NCBI GenBank assembly: GCA_964606165.1
Contig: CAZSFQ010000001.1
Location: forward strand, 6,905 to 70,904
DNA from: an uncultured Mageeibacillus sp.
GTDB lineage: Bacteria; Bacillota; Clostridia; Saccharofermentanales; DTU023
Length of the DNA stretch: 64,000 nt
Direction: 5' to 3'
Positions 37,844-47,331 of the stretch are shown in pieces. Every line of letters starts with the position of its first letter. Position 1 is the stretch's first letter. The translations under genes were made by a program, and so were the position numbers. A model generated the notes under the pieces. That model saw nothing but the letters and a program-made list of their open reading frames with translations, ran no database searches and had not been told where the DNA came from.

Positions 37844-39040
37844 TTAGGCTCCGGCTTTCATCTGCAAGAGCTTCACGGCTTCAGGCAAAATGAGCTTACC
37901 GTCCACACGCTGGGTCGCTCTGAAGCCGACCTGTCCGGTAGCGGCAAAGAGCTCATTTAAGCGCTGGAAAGACCTGCCCTGACGATCGGCAATCCAGTAA
38001 TAGGAAAAGTCACCGAAGGCAACGGTAAAAGCACCGGCCTCCGCCAGCGGCACAAAGCTTGACGTGTAGACCGGGCGGTTCAGGATGGTATCAGGCGTGC
38101 CTGCGGTTAAGGAAGGCTGCCAGAGATACTGACCCGTCTGATCCTTGAGTTTGCGGATAAGCTTCACGGTAGTATCGTTCATGATGAAGACGGCCTTCTT
38201 GCGGTAAGGCGCTCTCAGTGAATAGAAAAGGTCAATCAGTTCATCTGCTGTAAGCTCGGCCTCTGCTGCGGCTGTCACGCCCAATTCGCCGCCGCCCGTG
38301 GTATGGAAGACGCCCGTCGGCTTTCCGGTGCCGTCACCCACGAGGAAGGCTTCCTCCTCCTTGGAGCCCATCCTGCGTCCGAACTCTTTAGCAATATAGC
38401 TTTCGAGGTCAAAGACGGAGTCATTCAATAGCTCCTCCGAGACCTTGAGCATGGTGGCAAGCTTATAGGCTCCGATCGAAACCTGCCCGAAGGCGGGATC
38501 TGATTCTGGGATCGCCGCTTCTTCATCGACCCAGCTTGCCGTGCCCTTGGTCGCTACTACGGGGATCTTGCGGTCACCGGACGAGGTTTGAATGACGTGG
38601 GCAAGCTGCCTGAAGATATTTTCTTCTTCGAGGGCTTCCACCAGCGTCTGCTCGAACTCATCCGGGGCAAGGTAGCCGCCTTCGGAATCCGTACCGACCT
38701 GAAGGGCATTCGTGATGACAGCGTTCTTCTTTCGCATAACGTTCCAGAAATCACGGCTGTACTCTTTGCTGCCACGGCCGGTCTTGTCCTCCATATCCTT
38801 CATCGGGTCTGTGACCGTGGGACGACTGGTCGCCTGCGAGAGCTTCATATCCATATCCCGCTGACGCTCCAGACGGTCGATTTCTTTTCCGAGATCAACG
38901 ACTTCCTGTTCCATTTTTTCATAGGCGGCAGTGTCCTCAGCCGAAACTAGGCCGTCCTCTCTGCGCTTTTCTTCCAGATAGGTCTTAGCCTGGTTCCAGA
39001 CTTCATGGCGTTTGTTTCTCAGTTCCTGCAGTTTGTTCAT
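37844..39040 (-). CDS. major capsid protein, HK97 family
   Basis: An N-terminal coiled-coil delta domain is followed by ...GTDSEGGYLAPDEFE.... The gene follows the ClpP-type prohead protease gene. Confidence 0.9.
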   Translation of the reverse strand: MNKLQELRNKRHEVWNQAKTYLEEKRREDGLVSAEDTAAYEKMEQEVVDLGKEIDRLERQRDMDMKLSQATSRPTVTDPMKDMEDKTGRGSKEYSRDFWNVMRKKNAVITNALQVGTDSEGGYLAPDEFEQTLVEALEEENIFRQLAHVIQTSSGDRKIPVVATKGTASWVDEEAAIPESDPAFGQVSIGAYKLATMLKVSEELLNDSVFDLESYIAKEFGRRMGSKEEEAFLVGDGTGKPTGVFHTTGGGELGVTAAAEAELTADELIDLFYSLRAPYRKKAVFIMNDTTVKLIRKLKDQTGQYLWQPSLTAGTPDTILNRPVYTSSFVPLAEAGAFTVAFGDFSYYWIADRQGRSFQRLNELFAATGQVGFRATQRVDGKLILPEAVKLLQMKAGA

Positions 39041-39042
39041 CG

Positions 39043-39762
39043 TTAATAGCCTCCTTCATGGCCTAATAATTCGAGCCGTTTCTTAAGCTCGTAATAGGAT
39101 GTGCCCTGCTCCATCGGCATAGGCACCTTCGGATAAACCTTGTTTAAGACAGCGGTTGCCGTCCGTCTTGCGGCAAAGCCGACACTTGCTTCACCGAGGT
39201 CGGGATCATCCCATTCGGAAAAAAGCAGAGCGTCGCAAAAGCCGAGTTCTTTCGCTTTCCTGGCATTCATCCAGGTCTCGTCATCCATCAGTCTTGAGAT
39301 TTTGTTTCGGGATAGTCCAGTTTTTAATTCATAGGCGTTGATGATGGAAGCCTTGACCTCGTCAAGGACATCTAAGGCTTTTTCCATCTCGTCCTTCCAG
39401 CCGAAAGCGAGCGTCATGGGGTTATGGATCATCATCATGGACGAAGGGCTCATCAGAACTTCGCCTCCCGCCATTGCGATAACGGAAGCGGCGGAAGCCG
39501 CAAGCCCGTCTATCTTCACGGTGACTTTGCCCTTGTGATCCATCAGCATGGTGTAGATCTGGGATGCTGCAAAGACATCGCCGCCGGGACTGTTAATCCA
39601 GACAGTCAGGTCGCCCGGATGGCTGTTTAGTTCGCTAAGAAAAAGAGCCGGTGTGACTTCATCGCCAAACCAGCTCTCTTCTGCAATGGGACCGTCCAAT
39701 CTGAGGACGGTTTCTTCGTCCGGAAGATCGTTTAGAAACTTCCAGAATTTTTTATTCTTCAC
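39043..39762 (-). CDS. prohead (head maturation) protease, ClpP/S14 family
   Basis: INSPGGDVFAASQIY...GLAASAASVIAMAG..V.MSPSSMMMIHNP matches the ClpP-like catalytic pattern. Confidence 0.9.
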   Translation of the reverse strand: MKNKKFWKFLNDLPDEETVLRLDGPIAEESWFGDEVTPALFLSELNSHPGDLTVWINSPGGDVFAASQIYTMLMDHKGKVTVKIDGLAASAASVIAMAGGEVLMSPSSMMMIHNPMTLAFGWKDEMEKALDVLDEVKASIINAYELKTGLSRNKISRLMDDETWMNARKAKELGFCDALLFSEWDDPDLGEASVGFAARRTATAVLNKVYPKVPMPMEQGTSYYELKKRLELLGHEGGY

Positions 39763-40975
39763 TTTCTTTCACCCCCTGGCCGGCGAATAACCCGGCGTCT
39801 TTGAGTTTTGTCATGTTGCCGTTGATTAAGTACAAATTGCCTCCTTCCTCATCCGGGATGAGATTCATATTTTCCAAACGCCGGATATCGTTGGCGCTCA
39901 TCCAGCCGTTTTGCCTTGCCGTGGCATAGCCCTGCATCCTGCTCTCGTAGTCGCCCCTCAAAAGCCCGTCCACATTGAACTCCACAAAATACCGGGTCTG
40001 TTCTTCCGGATAGAGCAGAGCTTTGTCCATCGCCTGTTCCAGACGCACGAGCCAGGGCCTTATCGTATGAACGACAAAGCTGATGCTTTGATGTTCAATA
40101 TTGGAAAAGGTCGCCTTGTCGAGGTCTGCCACCAGATGGGGCGGTACACGGTAGATGCGGCAGATTTCTTCCGTCTGATACTTTCTCGTCTCCAAAAACT
40201 GGGCTTCATTCGGCGGGATGCCGATCTGCTTATAGGTCATGCCTTCTTCCAAAACAGCGACCCGGTTGGCATTGCCCGAACCTTTGAAAAGCTCCTCCCA
40301 GCTTTCTCTGACCTTGGACGGGTCTTTTAAGGTGCCGGGGTGTTCCAATATTCCGCCCGGTGCTGCACCGTTTGAAAAGAAGGACGAGCCAAATTCCTCG
40401 GTGGCCATGGCCATCCCGATGGCGTTTCTGGCCATCGCAATCGGTGAATAACCGACAAGGCCGTCAAAGCCAAGCCCAGGTATATGGAGAATCTCCTCCT
40501 GACGGAAAGCAATCTGCTTCATGCCGCTTTGATAAAGGTAGATGAGGTTTTTGTCCTCATCCCTTGCAACCTGCATCCTGTCCGGAAGAAGCGGATAAAT
40601 TCCTACGATCTCACCGTGACCGTTCCTTAAAATCTGAGCATAGGCGTTTCCCCATAAAAGAAGATGCGTCATAAGGGTTTCCCGAAAGATGAAGCTCGTC
40701 ATCTCGGGGTTCGGTGCATTATGGAGGAGCGTATAGAGAGGGTGACTAGGATCACGCTTCTTGCCCTCATCCACATAGCGGTAGAGGTGCAAAGGGAGAC
40801 TGGCAATCGTCTCGGCGATAACACGCACACAGGCATACACCGCTGCTGACTGCATGGCCGTCTTTTCCGTCACCTGCTTGCCACTTGATGTCGGGGCAAA
40901 GAAAAACCGAGGCGTGCTCGGTTTCGTAAGCTCCGGCTTGTCCCGGCTCCTGAATAGATTTTTAAAGATTCCCAG
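39752..40975 (-). CDS. portal protein, HK97 family (start probably CTG at 40975; ORF-track GTG at 40873 is internal)
   Basis: AVYACVRVIAETIASLPL and the rest are typical of portal proteins. The in-frame upstream stretch (L/M)GIFKNLFRSRDKPELTKPSTPRFFFAPTSSGKQVT looks like a genuine portal N-terminus and follows a GAGGTG RBS. Confidence 0.85.
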   Translation of the reverse strand: MGIFKNLFRSRDKPELTKPSTPRFFFAPTSSGKQVTEKTAMQSAAVYACVRVIAETIASLPLHLYRYVDEGKKRDPSHPLYTLLHNAPNPEMTSFIFRETLMTHLLLWGNAYAQILRNGHGEIVGIYPLLPDRMQVARDEDKNLIYLYQSGMKQIAFRQEEILHIPGLGFDGLVGYSPIAMARNAIGMAMATEEFGSSFFSNGAAPGGILEHPGTLKDPSKVRESWEELFKGSGNANRVAVLEEGMTYKQIGIPPNEAQFLETRKYQTEEICRIYRVPPHLVADLDKATFSNIEHQSISFVVHTIRPWLVRLEQAMDKALLYPEEQTRYFVEFNVDGLLRGDYESRMQGYATARQNGWMSANDIRRLENMNLIPDEEGGNLYLINGNMTKLKDAGLFAGQGVKESEE

Positions 40976-40994
40976 AAGGCATCACCTCAACTTT

Positions 40995-42599
40995 CTAAAA
41001 GAGTAAAAGTCCGCGCTCATCATAGACAGAGCTTTCCTTGTCACCAGCCTGACCCCGAATCGCCCGGTCAAGTGCCATGATGAGCGCCACTGCACCGTCG
41101 ATGCGTTCGGTCGATTTTTCCTTGTCAGGCTTGATGTTTCCGGCAGGATCGGTGCGGATAAAGATATTGTCGGCGCACCAGCGCAATACCGGATGTCCGC
41201 CGTGGCGGAGTTTTCCTTCCAGCACCAGCTTCATCAGTTCCTTGGAAGGCGGACTCATATCCTTGTAGCCTTGACCGAAAGGAACGACCGTGAAGCCGAG
41301 GTCATCTAAGTTCTGACTCATCTGCACAGCACCCCAGCGGTCAAAGGCGATTTCCTTGATGTTATATCTTTCGCCCAGCTCCTCAATAAAGCTTTCGATA
41401 AAGCCGTAGTGGACGACATTTCCCTCCGTTGTGAGGATTTGTCCTTCCTTCGCCCAGAGGTCATAAGGCACATGGTCTCGGTTTACCCGCAGTGGGATAT
41501 TGTCCTCCGGCATCCAGAAAAAGGGCAGCACATCGAACGAGCCATCCTCGGTATCAGGCGGAAAGACCAGCACAAAAGCTGTAAGGTCGGTGGTGCTGGA
41601 AAGATCTAGCCCGCCGTAGCAGATACGCCCTTCCAGGGCTTCCAGGTCAACAGCAAGGGAGCATTTATCCCAGGCTTCCATTGGCATCCAGCGCACCGAC
41701 TGTTTGACCCACTGATTGAGTCTGAGTTGTCTGAAGGTGTTTTCTTCAGCAGGGTTCTGCTTGGCTGATTCACAGGCAATGTGTAGTTTTTCAATATCGA
41801 CCGTGACGCCAAGCGAAGGGTTTGCTTTCTTCCAGACATCGGGATCTGTCCAGTCCTCATCGTCTTCTGCGCCGTAGATCACCGGGTAAAAACTCGGGTC
41901 ACGTTTTCTGCCGTGCAGGATGTCATCCGCTTTTTGATGGACCTCCCAGCAGATGGAGTGCCGATCGGTTCCGGCGGTCGTGATAAGAAAGAACAAAGGC
42001 TGTTTTCTCGCATCACCTGAACCCTTGGTCATCACATCGTAGAGTTTGCGGTTCGGCTGAGCGTGAAGCTCATCGAAGACCACGCCGTGAACATTCAGGC
42101 CATGTTTTGAGTACGCTTCCGAGGACAAGACCTGATAGAAACTGTGAAGTGGTTTATAGATAAGTCTTTTCTGAGAAAGCCGAGGTTTAATCCTGGCCTT
42201 TAATGCTGGGTTTTGCTCCACCATATGGACAGCCACATCAAAGACGATGGAAGCCTGCTGGCGGTCAGCGGCACAGCCATAGATCTCGCCGCCTTTTTCA
42301 AAGTCACCGCAGGTGAGGTAGAGAGCAATCGCCGCGGCCAGTTCGGACTTGCCCTGCTTCTTCGGAATCTCGATATAGGCGGTGTTGAACTGGCGGTAGC
42401 CGTTCGGTTTTAGGATGCCGAAGAGGTCACGCACAATCTGCTCCTGCCAGTCGATCAGGTGAAAGGATTTGCCCGCCCATTCACCCTTGGTATGTTTCAG
42501 CAAGCTGATAAAAGCAACCGCCCTATCTGCCGAAGCTTTGTCATAGCGGGAAGTCGGCAGCATGAAGCGAGTCGGTTTATAAATTTCCAGTTGTCTCAC
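40995..42599 (-). CDS. terL: terminase large subunit
   Basis: The P-loop-like segment EIPKKQGKSELAAAIAL, the Walker B VFDELH and a C-terminal nuclease-type region. The start is GTG after a GGAAGGAGGAAG RBS. Confidence 0.95.
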   Translation of the reverse strand: MRQLEIYKPTRFMLPTSRYDKASADRAVAFISLLKHTKGEWAGKSFHLIDWQEQIVRDLFGILKPNGYRQFNTAYIEIPKKQGKSELAAAIALYLTCGDFEKGGEIYGCAADRQQASIVFDVAVHMVEQNPALKARIKPRLSQKRLIYKPLHSFYQVLSSEAYSKHGLNVHGVVFDELHAQPNRKLYDVMTKGSGDARKQPLFFLITTAGTDRHSICWEVHQKADDILHGRKRDPSFYPVIYGAEDDEDWTDPDVWKKANPSLGVTVDIEKLHIACESAKQNPAEENTFRQLRLNQWVKQSVRWMPMEAWDKCSLAVDLEALEGRICYGGLDLSSTTDLTAFVLVFPPDTEDGSFDVLPFFWMPEDNIPLRVNRDHVPYDLWAKEGQILTTEGNVVHYGFIESFIEELGERYNIKEIAFDRWGAVQMSQNLDDLGFTVVPFGQGYKDMSPPSKELMKLVLEGKLRHGGHPVLRWCADNIFIRTDPAGNIKPDKEKSTERIDGAVALIMALDRAIRGQAGDKESSVYDERGLLLF

Positions 42600-42615
42600 A
42601 CTTCCTCCTTCCCAT

Positions 42616-42665
42616 AAAAAAACGACCCCCTAAGGCCGCACTACGAGCAAAAGCCCCTAAGGGCT
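42616..42665 (-). terminator. two small terminator-like hairpins just upstream of terL
   Basis: On the minus strand, GCCCuuagGGGC is followed by UUUUG, and a 5-bp stem (CGGCC...GGUCG) is followed by a U7 run. Both contain the 9-mer CCCCTAAGG on the plus strand. Confidence 0.3.
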
Positions 42666-42688
42666 GATGCTTCTAATTGATCATAGGT

Positions 42689-42928
42689 TTAGTTGTATTC
42701 GTGAAGCAGGATCGCAAGTGCCTTTTCTGCATCCTCTGAGCTTGGTCTGATATCCCAGCCCCGGTCAAAATTGCAGACGACCTCGCCGTCAATTTTAAGC
42801 ATGAGTTTGGAAATCCTGCCCTTATCAATCCCGTACACGCTGGGCTTATCAAAATGCTTGAGCCAATATTTGCAGGCGGTGTAGCCGCCGTCTTCTTTCG
42901 GTATGCCGATAGTTCCTTTTTTCCACAT
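42689..42928 (-). CDS. phage hypothetical protein
   Basis: 79-aa ORF, part of the accessory block between TerS and TerL. Confidence 0.45.
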   Translation of the reverse strand: MWKKGTIGIPKEDGGYTACKYWLKHFDKPSVYGIDKGRISKLMLKIDGEVVCNFDRGWDIRPSSEDAEKALAILLHEYN

Positions 42929-42931
42929 GGC

Positions 42932-43114
42932 CTAATCCTCCGTCTTTCCCGTCAAAATGAAGCGGACATAGGCTTTGGGATCGTCCTCCAGAAAGCAGAC
43001 CAGTTCAAAGTAGTCCCGCTCAAAGGCCAGCCGCTGAACAGTATTGATATCAAACATATTTGTCAGGCCCGTATCCCGGATAGCGAGGATTTGCTCTCTG
43101 ATGGTCTCATTCAT
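42932..43114 (-). CDS. DUF5049-like small protein
   Basis: MNETIREQILAIRDTGLTNMFDINTVQRLA...FILTG matches my recollection of DUF5049. The start is at the ATG after a GGAGGA RBS. Confidence 0.5.
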   Translation of the reverse strand: MNETIREQILAIRDTGLTNMFDINTVQRLAFERDYFELVCFLEDDPKAYVRFILTGKTED

Positions 43115-43337
43115 GGCTGATCCTCCGTACCTGGTCTTCACCATAGGCAACGTTCAGGCTTGACCCATCATCCCAGCGGACCATGATCGAACCGATGTCA
43201 TCAATACCGATCACCGTGCCTTTTGTGCCGATGGGTGGAGCGAAGGGGTCATCCATTTTCAAAAGTTCAATGCGGCATCCTGCAGAATATTCTTTTCTTA
43301 AGGCTTCAAGCCTTGCTTGGCTAATTTCTCTCATCAC
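43107..43337 (-). CDS. DUF4314-like small protein
   Basis: GCRIELLKMDDPFAPPIGTKGTVIGIDDIGSIMVRWDDGSSLNV is typical of the DUF4314 pattern. Confidence 0.55.
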   Translation of the reverse strand: MMREISQARLEALRKEYSAGCRIELLKMDDPFAPPIGTKGTVIGIDDIGSIMVRWDDGSSLNVAYGEDQVRRISHE

Positions 43338-43966
43338 TTTGCCTCCTTCGGGTTTCGGAAAGCAGAGGAACCTTCGAGGTTTTTCAGGAGCAGCTTTCTT
43401 GCTTCCTTGAACTCGTCGCCAATGTAGCCAAGGCGCAGGAGAAAACAGCGGAAGGTATACTTCTCATTGTCCGTTTTGGTTTCTTTCTCAAGAACTCTGG
43501 TCTGCGCTCCGGCGCTGGCAACGAGCAGGCTGATGAACTCGGTGTAGATTCTCGCTTCATCGGCTGTGAGGAGCCTGTCAAACCAGGGAAAGTTGACTAC
43601 CCCGATGTCATGCTCCACGAGGATGCGGTCTGCGCCCAGCGCCTTTTTGATGAGGCTGCCCTTGGAGCGAAGGATCAGGTCCAGCTTTTCAAGCGTCTCG
43701 GTGGAAATCTTGTCATCCGGAAAGCTGATGGTAAAGCTGTCGGTCAAGGGAAAACCCACCGCTTCCAGCTTTGCGGTCAGCTCATGGATTTGGCTTTCGC
43801 TGAGTGCTTTATCCCAGAAGACCGTGCCGTCACGCTCTACCGTTGTCTCGCCGATTTGGTAGGCGCAGGTCGGAACGCCCTGGTATTTCGCTTTTGTTTC
43901 GAGAAGGTCAGCCAGAGTCTCGGCCAGTTCTTTTCGTGATCTCTCTTTGATCGAAAACTTGGTCAT
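43334..43966 (-). CDS. phage hypothetical protein (210 aa)
   Basis: A coupled ORF. Its C-terminal FRCFLLRLGYIGDEFKEARKLLLKNLEGSSAFR motif recurs in Firmicutes mobile elements as far as I recall. Function is unknown. Confidence 0.45.
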   Translation of the reverse strand: MTKFSIKERSRKELAETLADLLETKAKYQGVPTCAYQIGETTVERDGTVFWDKALSESQIHELTAKLEAVGFPLTDSFTISFPDDKISTETLEKLDLILRSKGSLIKKALGADRILVEHDIGVVNFPWFDRLLTADEARIYTEFISLLVASAGAQTRVLEKETKTDNEKYTFRCFLLRLGYIGDEFKEARKLLLKNLEGSSAFRNPKEAK

Positions 43967-43971
43967 CTCGT

Positions 43972-44232
43972 TTACCTCCCTCTTTCCAAGTCTTGGAACT
44001 CGTCCCAGGTAATCAGGCCGTCATCGTAGAGGTCGTAGTTGGCGTTTCCCCGGTAGTGTGCCCGCTCTTTTTCCTTGGTCTCTTTGGCGAGCTTCCGGTA
44101 CTCGTTCCAGCCGATTTTACCTTCGTCGTAGAGCTTTCTTTCAGGAAATCTCCGGTAAAAGGCATCTTGTTTTACCCGGCGGTTCTTTGTTACTTCAAGG
44201 AAACTTTGTCGTTTTAGTTCTTTGTTTGTCAT
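43972..44232 (-). CDS. phage hypothetical protein
   Basis: 86-aa charged ORF with an internal repeat (YDEGKIGWNEY / YDDGLITWDEF). Confidence 0.4.
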   Translation of the reverse strand: MTNKELKRQSFLEVTKNRRVKQDAFYRRFPERKLYDEGKIGWNEYRKLAKETKEKERAHYRGNANYDLYDDGLITWDEFQDLERGR

Positions 44233-44360
44233 GGTCTTTTCCTCCTTGTTCTTGTACGTACATGTTCGCTCTAAAAGGAAGGAAAGCCAAGTCCTAAAAG
44301 CCTTTATTATCAGGCATTTCAGCTTATTTACCCGACAAATTTACAGCTCAAAATTGGTTA

Positions 44361-45602
44361 TCATTCAACAGTTTTGACAAGCTTTTCGTAGGCGGTTTTT
44401 TTACCGTCACGCAGGACAAAAACGTCATTGGAAACACCGTTTTTGTATTTCACATAGCGCCGGAGAATGACGGATGCATACTTGTCATCAAGCTCCGCCA
44501 TATAGCAGATACGGTCAGTTTGCTCACAGGCGATGAGAGTAGAGCCGCTCCCGCCGAATAAATCCAGCACGATGGCGTTTGCCTGACTCGAATTTTGAAT
44601 CGGGTAAGACAAGAGGTCAATCGGCTTGGAGGTCGGATGGTTCTCATTTCGCTTTGGCTTGTCAAAATGCCAGACCGTGGTTTCCGCCCGCCCTGAATAC
44701 CAGCGGTGCTTACCTTTTTTCGTCCAGCCAAACAGGATCGGCTCATGTGACCACTGATAGGGCGACCTGCCCAGAACAAGTGAGTCCTTCGCCCAGATGC
44801 AAACACCCGACAAATGAAAGCCCGCTTCTTCAAAAGCTTTTCTAAAAACAAGCCCCTCCGTATCCGCATGAAAGACATAGGCCGATGCACCGGGTTCACA
44901 GGCAGTGATCATATTCTTGAATGATGAGAGCAGGAACTTGAAAAATTCCTCGGGTTTTAAATTATCGTTTTGAATGGAAAGTCCTGATGAACTCTTGTAA
45001 CTCACAGCATAAGGCGGATCGGTCAGAATGAGATTGGCCTTTTTGCCGTCCATCAGCTTTTCCACGTCTTCCTTTTTTGTCGCATCACCGCAGATCAGAC
45101 GGTGACGGCCAAGAGTCCAGAGGTCGCCCGGTTTCACAAAACTTGCTGCTTCAAGAGCGGCGGTGAGATCAAAATCATCCTCCTCAGTTTCCAGACTACC
45201 TAAGAGTTTTTTTAGTTCGCTGTCGGTAAATCCCAGAAGATCAAGGTTAAAGTCAACCCCTTCCAAATCGGAAAGTTCAACGGAGAGCATTTCTTCATCC
45301 CAGCCAGCATTCATGGCAAGCCGGTTATCGGCGATGATGTACGCACGCTTTTGTGCCTCGGTCAGATGCTCCACGAAAACACAAGGCAGCTCAGTCAATC
45401 CTTCTTCTTTGGCAGCAAGGATTCTGCCGTGACCTGCAATGACGTTATAGTCCCTGTCAATCAAGCAGGGATTCAGGAAGCCAAACTCTCGGATGGAAGA
45501 CCTTAGCTGCAGGATCTGTTCTTTGGAGTGAGTTCTAGCGTTTCTCGCATATGGTACGAGCTTATCAATGGGGACTTTCTCAAATTTATTCGTCATCTGC
45601 AT
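44361..45602 (-). CDS. ParB-like nuclease domain fused to a beta-class N6A/N4C DNA methyltransferase
   Basis: The N-terminus PYARNARTHSKEQILQLRSSIREFGFLNP is ParB/Sulfiredoxin type. Next come LTDPPYAV (motif IV) and then DLFGGSGST (motif I). Confidence 0.85.
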   Translation of the reverse strand: MQMTNKFEKVPIDKLVPYARNARTHSKEQILQLRSSIREFGFLNPCLIDRDYNVIAGHGRILAAKEEGLTELPCVFVEHLTEAQKRAYIIADNRLAMNAGWDEEMLSVELSDLEGVDFNLDLLGFTDSELKKLLGSLETEEDDFDLTAALEAASFVKPGDLWTLGRHRLICGDATKKEDVEKLMDGKKANLILTDPPYAVSYKSSSGLSIQNDNLKPEEFFKFLLSSFKNMITACEPGASAYVFHADTEGLVFRKAFEEAGFHLSGVCIWAKDSLVLGRSPYQWSHEPILFGWTKKGKHRWYSGRAETTVWHFDKPKRNENHPTSKPIDLLSYPIQNSSQANAIVLDLFGGSGSTLIACEQTDRICYMAELDDKYASVILRRYVKYKNGVSNDVFVLRDGKKTAYEKLVKTVE

Positions 45603-46722
45603 GAAGCCCGCCCCCTTTACTTAAAAGCATCCCTGCGAGACTGTTCTCCCAGGGTTCAAGGAGATTACCAAAATGCCCTTTGATGGCAAGTTCCGCATAG
45701 CCACCCCGGCGAAGCTGCAGATACTGAATCATGGGCAGAACTGATAATGGGAAAAGCGTCTCACAGCGCTCCTTGATTTCCTCAAGGTCACGGGTTTCTG
45801 TTCCAAAGCAGTCAATATCCCAAAACAGAGGATCGGGTTTTCCAATAGCATAGGCGATAGAGACTTCGCATTTTTTGGCAAAACCAGCAGAGACAATACT
45901 TCTAGCGATGAGCCTTGCCATATAGGCCGCCGAGCGATCAACCTTGGTCGGGTCTTTGCCCGAAAAGGCTCCACCGCCGTGGCGGGAAAGTCCAGCATAG
46001 GTATCGACAGCCAGTTTTCTGCCTGTAAGCCCTGTATCCGCTTCCGGTCCTCCAAGAACAAACCGTCCGGTCGGATTGATGTAGATATCTTCTTCCGAAT
46101 AGGGCAGCCTTCTGTCAAGCACGGGGCGGATCACCTCCGCCAAAATAGCCTGTCTGAGTTCAGTTACATCAAGCTTTTCATTATGCTGGGTGGAGAGCAC
46201 CACCGACTGGACACGACTGGCCCCGCCGTCTTCATATTCCAGAACAACCAGGCACTTACCGTCGGGCTTAAGACCTTTGACAATGCCTTCTTCTCGGACT
46301 TCCTCAAGCTTTCGAGTGAGCTTTCGTGCCAGCACTTGAGCGAGCGGCAGATACTCCAGTGTTTCATCCGTCGCATAGCCGTAAACGATGCCCTGATCGC
46401 CCGCACCGATGAGGCCTCCTTGGTTGACGCCTTGCGCAATGTCAGGGCTTTGCTTATGAATTTTTGTCTTAACCCGAAAACGAAAAGGAGGATAGCCGAC
46501 ATCCGACAGAGCACTCCTTGCAATCTGTTTCACATTCACCTTGGCGGTGCTTGTCACTTCGCCTGCAATCAGAATGAGACCTTTGGTCGCCATGACTTCC
46601 ACGGCAACACGGGCATTCTTATCGTCTCTCAGGTATCTATCCAATATTCGGTCGGCGATATAATCGCAGAGTTTGTCCGGATGCCCCTTGGTCACGGATT
46701 CGGCGGCTTTATAGTATTTCAT
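45586..46722 (-). CDS. metK: S-adenosylmethionine synthetase (methionine adenosyltransferase), phage-encoded
   Basis: ESVTKGHPDKLCDYIAD, GAGDQGIVYGYA, DTYAG..RHGGGAFSGKDPTKVDRSAAYMAR: all the core MetK motifs I can recall are intact. Confidence 0.9.
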   Translation of the reverse strand: MKYYKAAESVTKGHPDKLCDYIADRILDRYLRDDKNARVAVEVMATKGLILIAGEVTSTAKVNVKQIARSALSDVGYPPFRFRVKTKIHKQSPDIAQGVNQGGLIGAGDQGIVYGYATDETLEYLPLAQVLARKLTRKLEEVREEGIVKGLKPDGKCLVVLEYEDGGASRVQSVVLSTQHNEKLDVTELRQAILAEVIRPVLDRRLPYSEEDIYINPTGRFVLGGPEADTGLTGRKLAVDTYAGLSRHGGGAFSGKDPTKVDRSAAYMARLIARSIVSAGFAKKCEVSIAYAIGKPDPLFWDIDCFGTETRDLEEIKERCETLFPLSVLPMIQYLQLRRGGYAELAIKGHFGNLLEPWENSLAGMLLSKGGGLHADDE

Positions 46723-46749
46723 GCATTCCTCCTTACAAAAATGTTTGTG

Positions 46750-47331
46750 TCATAGCTCGCCCTCCTCTGTCCGAAGAAGGCGCTCCATCATTTCGTCCTG
46801 TGGACTGCCAATAAAAGCTGTCGTCGTGTTTTGCTTCACGATGTCAAAAATTTCATACCAGATGAGGTTGGCCTGTTTTTGAAATGATTGGCTCATGGAT
46901 ACAAAAGGACTGGCAATCGCACCACCCGTAGTTGGGTGTTTACCTAAAAGCCCGTAGGTACTGATCGCCTGTTCACACTGGATATAGCGAGCAAAAGCCT
47001 GCGAGTAGGATTCCAGAAGTCTCGGGTTCACGAGCTTTTCACAGCGTCGGTCTTTCAGCCATTTCCATGTCTCGGCATAGATTTCATCAGCACCGAGCGG
47101 TTTGCCATCCTTTTGTCTTGCAGAAAGGTAATCCGAAGGACTCGGCATTTCTTCGCCGAAAAGGTCGGACACATCTTCCGGTTCATCCGGAGCAAAGAGT
47201 GCTTCCGGATCAAAATCGTAAGTTTCGAGTATTTTTGCTTCTTTTCCTGCGGCGATTTTATCGGCGAGGGCATCCGGCTTGCTGCCAGCTTTGACTCGTC
47301 TGCCGCCACGGTAAGTTCCGTCTTTTGCCAC
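46750..47331 (-). CDS. terS: terminase small subunit (P27 family)
   Basis: ...WKWLKDRRCEKLVNPRLLESYSQAFARYIQCEQAISTYGLL...SPFVSMSQSFQKQ is typical of the P27 family. The start is GTG 47331 after an AAGGAGGTG RBS. Confidence 0.8.
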   Translation of the reverse strand: MAKDGTYRGGRRVKAGSKPDALADKIAAGKEAKILETYDFDPEALFAPDEPEDVSDLFGEEMPSPSDYLSARQKDGKPLGADEIYAETWKWLKDRRCEKLVNPRLLESYSQAFARYIQCEQAISTYGLLGKHPTTGGAIASPFVSMSQSFQKQANLIWYEIFDIVKQNTTTAFIGSPQDEMMERLLRTEEGEL

